Assembly (NCBI GenBank): GCA_041497895.1
Contig: JBGQHJ010000009.1
Location: forward strand, 1 to 61,963
Reading direction: 5' to 3'
From: Candidatus Methylomirabilia bacterium
GTDB lineage: Bacteria; Methylomirabilota; Methylomirabilia; Rokubacteriales; CSP1-6
Length of the DNA stretch: 61,963 nucleotides
Shown: piece by piece, positions 58,712-61,963 of the stretch
Layout: each line of letters starts with the position of its first letter
How positions within the stretch are numbered: position 1 is the stretch's first letter
Notes under the pieces: generated by a model
Seen by the model: only the letters and a program-made list of their open reading frames with translations
Database searches by the model: none
What the model was told of the DNA's origin: nothing
Made by a program: the position numbers and the translations under genes

Positions 58712-59584
58712 CTACGCCGGGGCGGCCATCGGCTCCGCCGGGTCGCCGGACACGGTGGTCCGCTGCATGAGCCGCTTGTGGTTGGTGGTGTCGTAGGGCG
58801 TCGCGCGGTGGAGCACGCAGCGGTTGTCCCAGACGATCAGGTCGCCCGCCTGCCACTCGTGCCGGTAGACGAACCGGGGCTGGGTGACGTGGTCGAGCAG
58901 GGTCCGCAGCAGCGCGCGGCCCTCCTCGATCGGGAGGCCCTCGACGTGGGAGGCGTGCGCGCCCAGGAAGAGCGCGCGCTGCCCGTTCACCGGGTTGACC
59001 CGCACGAGGGGATGGCGCACCGGCGGGTACACCGCGCGCTCCTCCACGGTGAAGAAGCCGGGCCGCACCTGGTCGCGCGACCACGAGAAGTCGTGCACCG
59101 CGACCGCGCTCTCGGCGCGGCGCTTGAGCGGCTCCGGGAGCGAGGGATAGGCGGCGCGCGCGCTCGCGAACTCGGTGGCCCCGCCGGCCGGCGGCACGAT
59201 GCGGCCGGAGAGCAGCGAGCAGAGCGAGGGGACGGCCTTGAAGGAGCTGTCGCTGTGCCAGAGCATGTTGGCGAGCTGGTAGACCATCCGCCGATCGTCG
59301 GGCGGGATGACCTCCCCGGTCTTGATGTCGAGATTGGACTGGCGCGCGAAGGGCGTGCCCGCGGCCGGGTTCATGCTGCGGGTGACCTCGAGATCGCCGA
59401 AGCGCCGGCTGAACGCGATCTGGGCCGCGTCGTCGAGCGGCTGGCCGCGGAACAGCAGCACCGAGTGCTCCTCGAAGGCGGCGCGGATGGCCGACCAGGT
59501 CGCGTCGTCGAGCGGGCGGCCGATGTCGGCGCCGTCGATGCGCGCCGCGAAGCACGGGGTGAGCCGGGTCACCGCGACCGTCAT
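58712..59584 (-). CDS. TauD/TfdA family Fe(II)/2-oxoglutarate dioxygenase
   Basis: 'WHSD', 'GGATEFA' and 'WDNRCVLHR'. Confidence 0.92.
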   Translation of the reverse strand: MTVAVTRLTPCFAARIDGADIGRPLDDATWSAIRAAFEEHSVLLFRGQPLDDAAQIAFSRRFGDLEVTRSMNPAAGTPFARQSNLDIKTGEVIPPDDRRMVYQLANMLWHSDSSFKAVPSLCSLLSGRIVPPAGGATEFASARAAYPSLPEPLKRRAESAVAVHDFSWSRDQVRPGFFTVEERAVYPPVRHPLVRVNPVNGQRALFLGAHASHVEGLPIEEGRALLRTLLDHVTQPRFVYRHEWQAGDLIVWDNRCVLHRATPYDTTNHKRLMQRTTVSGDPAEPMAAPA

Positions 59585-60426
59585 GGGCCGCTCCCTCCGG
59601 AGAATTCCTTGAACACCGCCTTGAGGTCCCGGGTGGGCACCGTATCGCGCATCCAGGTGAACCCGCCCCGATCGGCCATCTCCCGCGCGCCCCGGAGGAA
59701 GCCGGCGAGGGCCAGGCGGGAGAGCGCGCCGCCCACGCTGATGCGTTTCACGCCGGCCTCCGCGAGCTGGGCCGCGGTGAGGTCGGGGTCGGCCGCGCTC
59801 ATCACCACGTTGACCGGCTTGCCGACCGCGGACACCACCGCCCGGATGGCGGGCAGGTCGCGGACGCCGGGGGCGTAGAGCACGTCGGCGCCCACCCGCT
59901 CGAAGGCCTGCAGGCGGCGGATGGCGTCGTCGAGATCGCGTCCGTGCAGGAGGTTCTCGGCGCGCGCGGTCAGCATGAAGGGCACCGGCAGCGCGCGGGC
60001 GACCTCGACCGCGGCGTGCACGCGCTCCACCGCGAGGTCGAAGCCGTAGATGGGCCGGGCCGGATCGCCGGTGGCGTCCTCGATCGAGCCGCCCGAGATG
60101 CCGGCCTCCGCGGCGAGCCGGATGATCTCGGCCGCCGCGCGCGGCTCGTCGGCGTAGCCGTTCTCGAGATCCGCGTTCACCGGCAGGTCGGTCGCGGCCG
60201 CGATCACCCGGCAGTTCTCGATGACCTCGGCCCGGCTCACCGTGTTGGTGCCGTCCACCCGGCCGAGCGCGTTCGCGAGCCCGAGGCTCGTGGTGGCCAG
60301 GGCCTCGAAGCCGAGCGAGGCGAGCAGGCGGGCGGTGCCCGCGTCCCAGGGGTTCGGGATGATGAAGGCGCCCGGGCGCTCGTGGAGCGCGCGGAAGCGG
60401 GCGGCCTTCTGGGCGGCGGTCTTCAT
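59581..60426 (-). CDS. Isocitrate lyase/PEP mutase family protein
   Basis: 'PNPWDAG', 'ATTS', 'NADLENGY', 'IED' and 'TARAE'. Confidence 0.88.
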   Translation of the reverse strand: MKTAAQKAARFRALHERPGAFIIPNPWDAGTARLLASLGFEALATTSLGLANALGRVDGTNTVSRAEVIENCRVIAAATDLPVNADLENGYADEPRAAAEIIRLAAEAGISGGSIEDATGDPARPIYGFDLAVERVHAAVEVARALPVPFMLTARAENLLHGRDLDDAIRRLQAFERVGADVLYAPGVRDLPAIRAVVSAVGKPVNVVMSAADPDLTAAQLAEAGVKRISVGGALSRLALAGFLRGAREMADRGGFTWMRDTVPTRDLKAVFKEFSGGSGP

Positions 60427-60439
60427 GATCGGGGGCCTC

Positions 60440-61711
60440 TCACGTCTTCTCGAAGTCGATGCGCTCGTACACCGGCAGGCCCTGGAGGTAGCGGCGGAGG
60501 CAGTCGAGGCCCATCTCGACCGCGCCCAGGCGGACCCACTCGCGGCCGCCCAGGATGCGGGCCTTGCGCGAGGCCGCGTCCGACGCGGTGGCGATGGCCA
60601 GGCAGATGGTGCCGCCGAACTCGATCCGGTCGGGCCCGTCGTCGAGGTCGATCAGCACCGCGAGGGCGTGGGTGGCCCCGGTCTGGGCGCGCGCGGCGCG
60701 GGCCACCGTCTCCGCGACCTGCGGCGTGAGCGGGCCGTCCGGCGCTTCGCCCGCGAGCCCCACCGCGCCCCACACCTCGGGCAGCGCCCGCGCGATCACC
60801 CCCCGGCGGAAGATCGCCTCCGCGCCGGGCAGGTGGGCGAGGCGCGCCGCCATCTGCCCGCTCGTGAACGTCTCGACCAGGGACAGCGTGGCCTGCCGGC
60901 TCCCGAGCTCGCGCAGGATCACGCTCTCGAGGGTCTGGTCGTCCTCGGCGAGGATGAAGTTGCCGACGCGCTTGCGCACCTCGCGCTCCACCGGCTCGAG
61001 CTTGCGGCGGATGTCGTCCATGTCGCGCCCGCGCGCGGTCAGCTTGGTCTCGAGCTGCGGGTAGTGGGCGCGGAAGCCGAGCTTCACGCTGCCGTCCGGC
61101 ACGAGGGCCTCGACCCCGGTCAGGAGCGAGTCCACGTGCGACTCGCCCAGGCCGTAGGAGTGGAAGCGCTTGAGGAAGATGGCCCCGGGCAGGCCGGCCT
61201 TGGCGAGCAGGCGCGGCACGATCTGCTCCTCCAGCATGCGGCGCAGCTCGCGCGGGACGCCGGGGGTGAAGTAGAAGCGGGCGCGGCCGATGTCCACCGC
61301 GAAGCCGCACGCGGTGCCGATCGGGTTGTCGAGCACCTCGGCGGTGGTGGGGAGCATGGCCTGCTTGCGGTTGTTGGGCGGCATCACCCGGCTCCGGCGC
61401 TGGAAGAACTCCTCCATGCGCTTGAGCCAGTCCTCGTTCAGCGCCAGGTCCACCCCGGCCGCCTTGGCCGCGATCTCCTGGGAGAGGTCGTCCACGGTGG
61501 GGCCGAGGCCCCCGTTGACGATCACCGCGTCGGCGCGCTCGCCCGCGAGCTGGAAGGCGTGCAGCAGGTTCTCGCGATCGTCACCCACCGTGGTCTCCCA
61601 GTTCACCGAGAGGCCCACGTCCTCGAGCTTCTGCGTGACGTAGCTGAAGTTCGTGTTCACGATCTTGCCGGTCAGCACTTCATCGCCGGTGCAGATCACC
61701 TCGATGCGCAT
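60440..61711 (-). CDS. cinA: CinA-like protein (COG1058 pyrophosphatase domain plus degenerate PncC domain)
   Basis: 'TGDEVL.G...NTN', 'VGDD', 'GGLGPTVDD', 'GTACG' and 'PGVPRE'; GAGGAG RBS. Confidence 0.85.
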   Translation of the reverse strand: MRIEVICTGDEVLTGKIVNTNFSYVTQKLEDVGLSVNWETTVGDDRENLLHAFQLAGERADAVIVNGGLGPTVDDLSQEIAAKAAGVDLALNEDWLKRMEEFFQRRSRVMPPNNRKQAMLPTTAEVLDNPIGTACGFAVDIGRARFYFTPGVPRELRRMLEEQIVPRLLAKAGLPGAIFLKRFHSYGLGESHVDSLLTGVEALVPDGSVKLGFRAHYPQLETKLTARGRDMDDIRRKLEPVEREVRKRVGNFILAEDDQTLESVILRELGSRQATLSLVETFTSGQMAARLAHLPGAEAIFRRGVIARALPEVWGAVGLAGEAPDGPLTPQVAETVARAARAQTGATHALAVLIDLDDGPDRIEFGGTICLAIATASDAASRKARILGGREWVRLGAVEMGLDCLRRYLQGLPVYERIDFEKT

Positions 61712-61849
61712 GCTCGCTCGCTCCTCACGTCGTGTCGCCGGGCTGGGGTGGGGGCGCGGGCGGGGGGGCCCGCCGGGGGGCGCGCGGGGGAGCGAGCCTG
61801 GTTCGGGCCGCCCTGGGGGCCCGGGGTGGGGGGGGGGGCGCGGGCGGGG

Positions 61850-61963
61850 GCTCCCTCCGGGGAGCACGCTGACTCGCATCCGTGATTCGGCACTCGATGG
61901 GGCCACGAGATAGGGGCGTGTGGCTTCGGCGACGCGCAGAAGCCACGGCTCCCCGGAGGGAGC
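61850..61963. repeat. Inverted pair of 16-bp GCTCCCTCCGGGGAGC hairpin units with an internal stem-loop (REP/BIME-like)
   Basis: 61850-61865 and 61948-61963 are exact reverse complements; internal stem GTGGCTTC (61920-61927)/GAAGCCAC (61939-61946). Confidence 0.65.

Noticed and set aside
61735..61850. G-run-rich tract as a G-quadruplex or Pro-rich N-terminal extension of CinA
   Set aside because: Irregular G runs near the sequence end look like low-quality consensus of a repeat region. CinA has a good RBS and ATG at 61711. It cannot be trusted without reads.
1..61963. Many long alternative-frame and antisense ORFs in the ORF track
   Set aside because: They are Arg/Gly/Pro/Ala-rich shadow ORFs expected at high GC, overlap well-supported genes and carry no family motifs.

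Overview
High-GC (about 70% or more, judged by eye), gene-dense 62-kb window with about 56 CDSs. Nearly all are catabolic enzymes or transporters: amidases, amidohydrolases, ThDP enzymes, family III CoA-transferases, luciferase-like monooxygenases, a P450, a Rieske oxygenase, TauD, TRAP and MFS transporters and orphan solute-binding proteins. The gene repertoire and repeat types resemble Candidatus Rokubacteria (inference, not tested). I found no rRNA, tRNA, CRISPR array, integrase or transposase. The most notable locus is a type-2 isoleucyl-tRNA synthetase (40395-43523, minus strand) whose HIGH motif is swapped to GIHH, the GXHH form linked to mupirocin hyper-resistance. It is preceded by what looks like a complete ribosome-mediated transcription attenuator: an extended -10 box, a leaderless 16-aa leader peptide with a single Ile codon, and mutually exclusive 1:2, 2:3 and 3:4 (terminator) stems. 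Other items: three types of palindromic REP/MITE-like element, two genes that appear to start at CTG overlapping the upstream TGA, recurrent leaderless and bidirectional -10 promoters, a frameshifted azlC, a CinA with a degenerate PncC domain, an oxc/HACL-like plus frc-like gene pair, and a cyclase-STAND-TPR protein. I picked start codons by eye from the ORF track, and product calls come from recognised motifs, not database searches.
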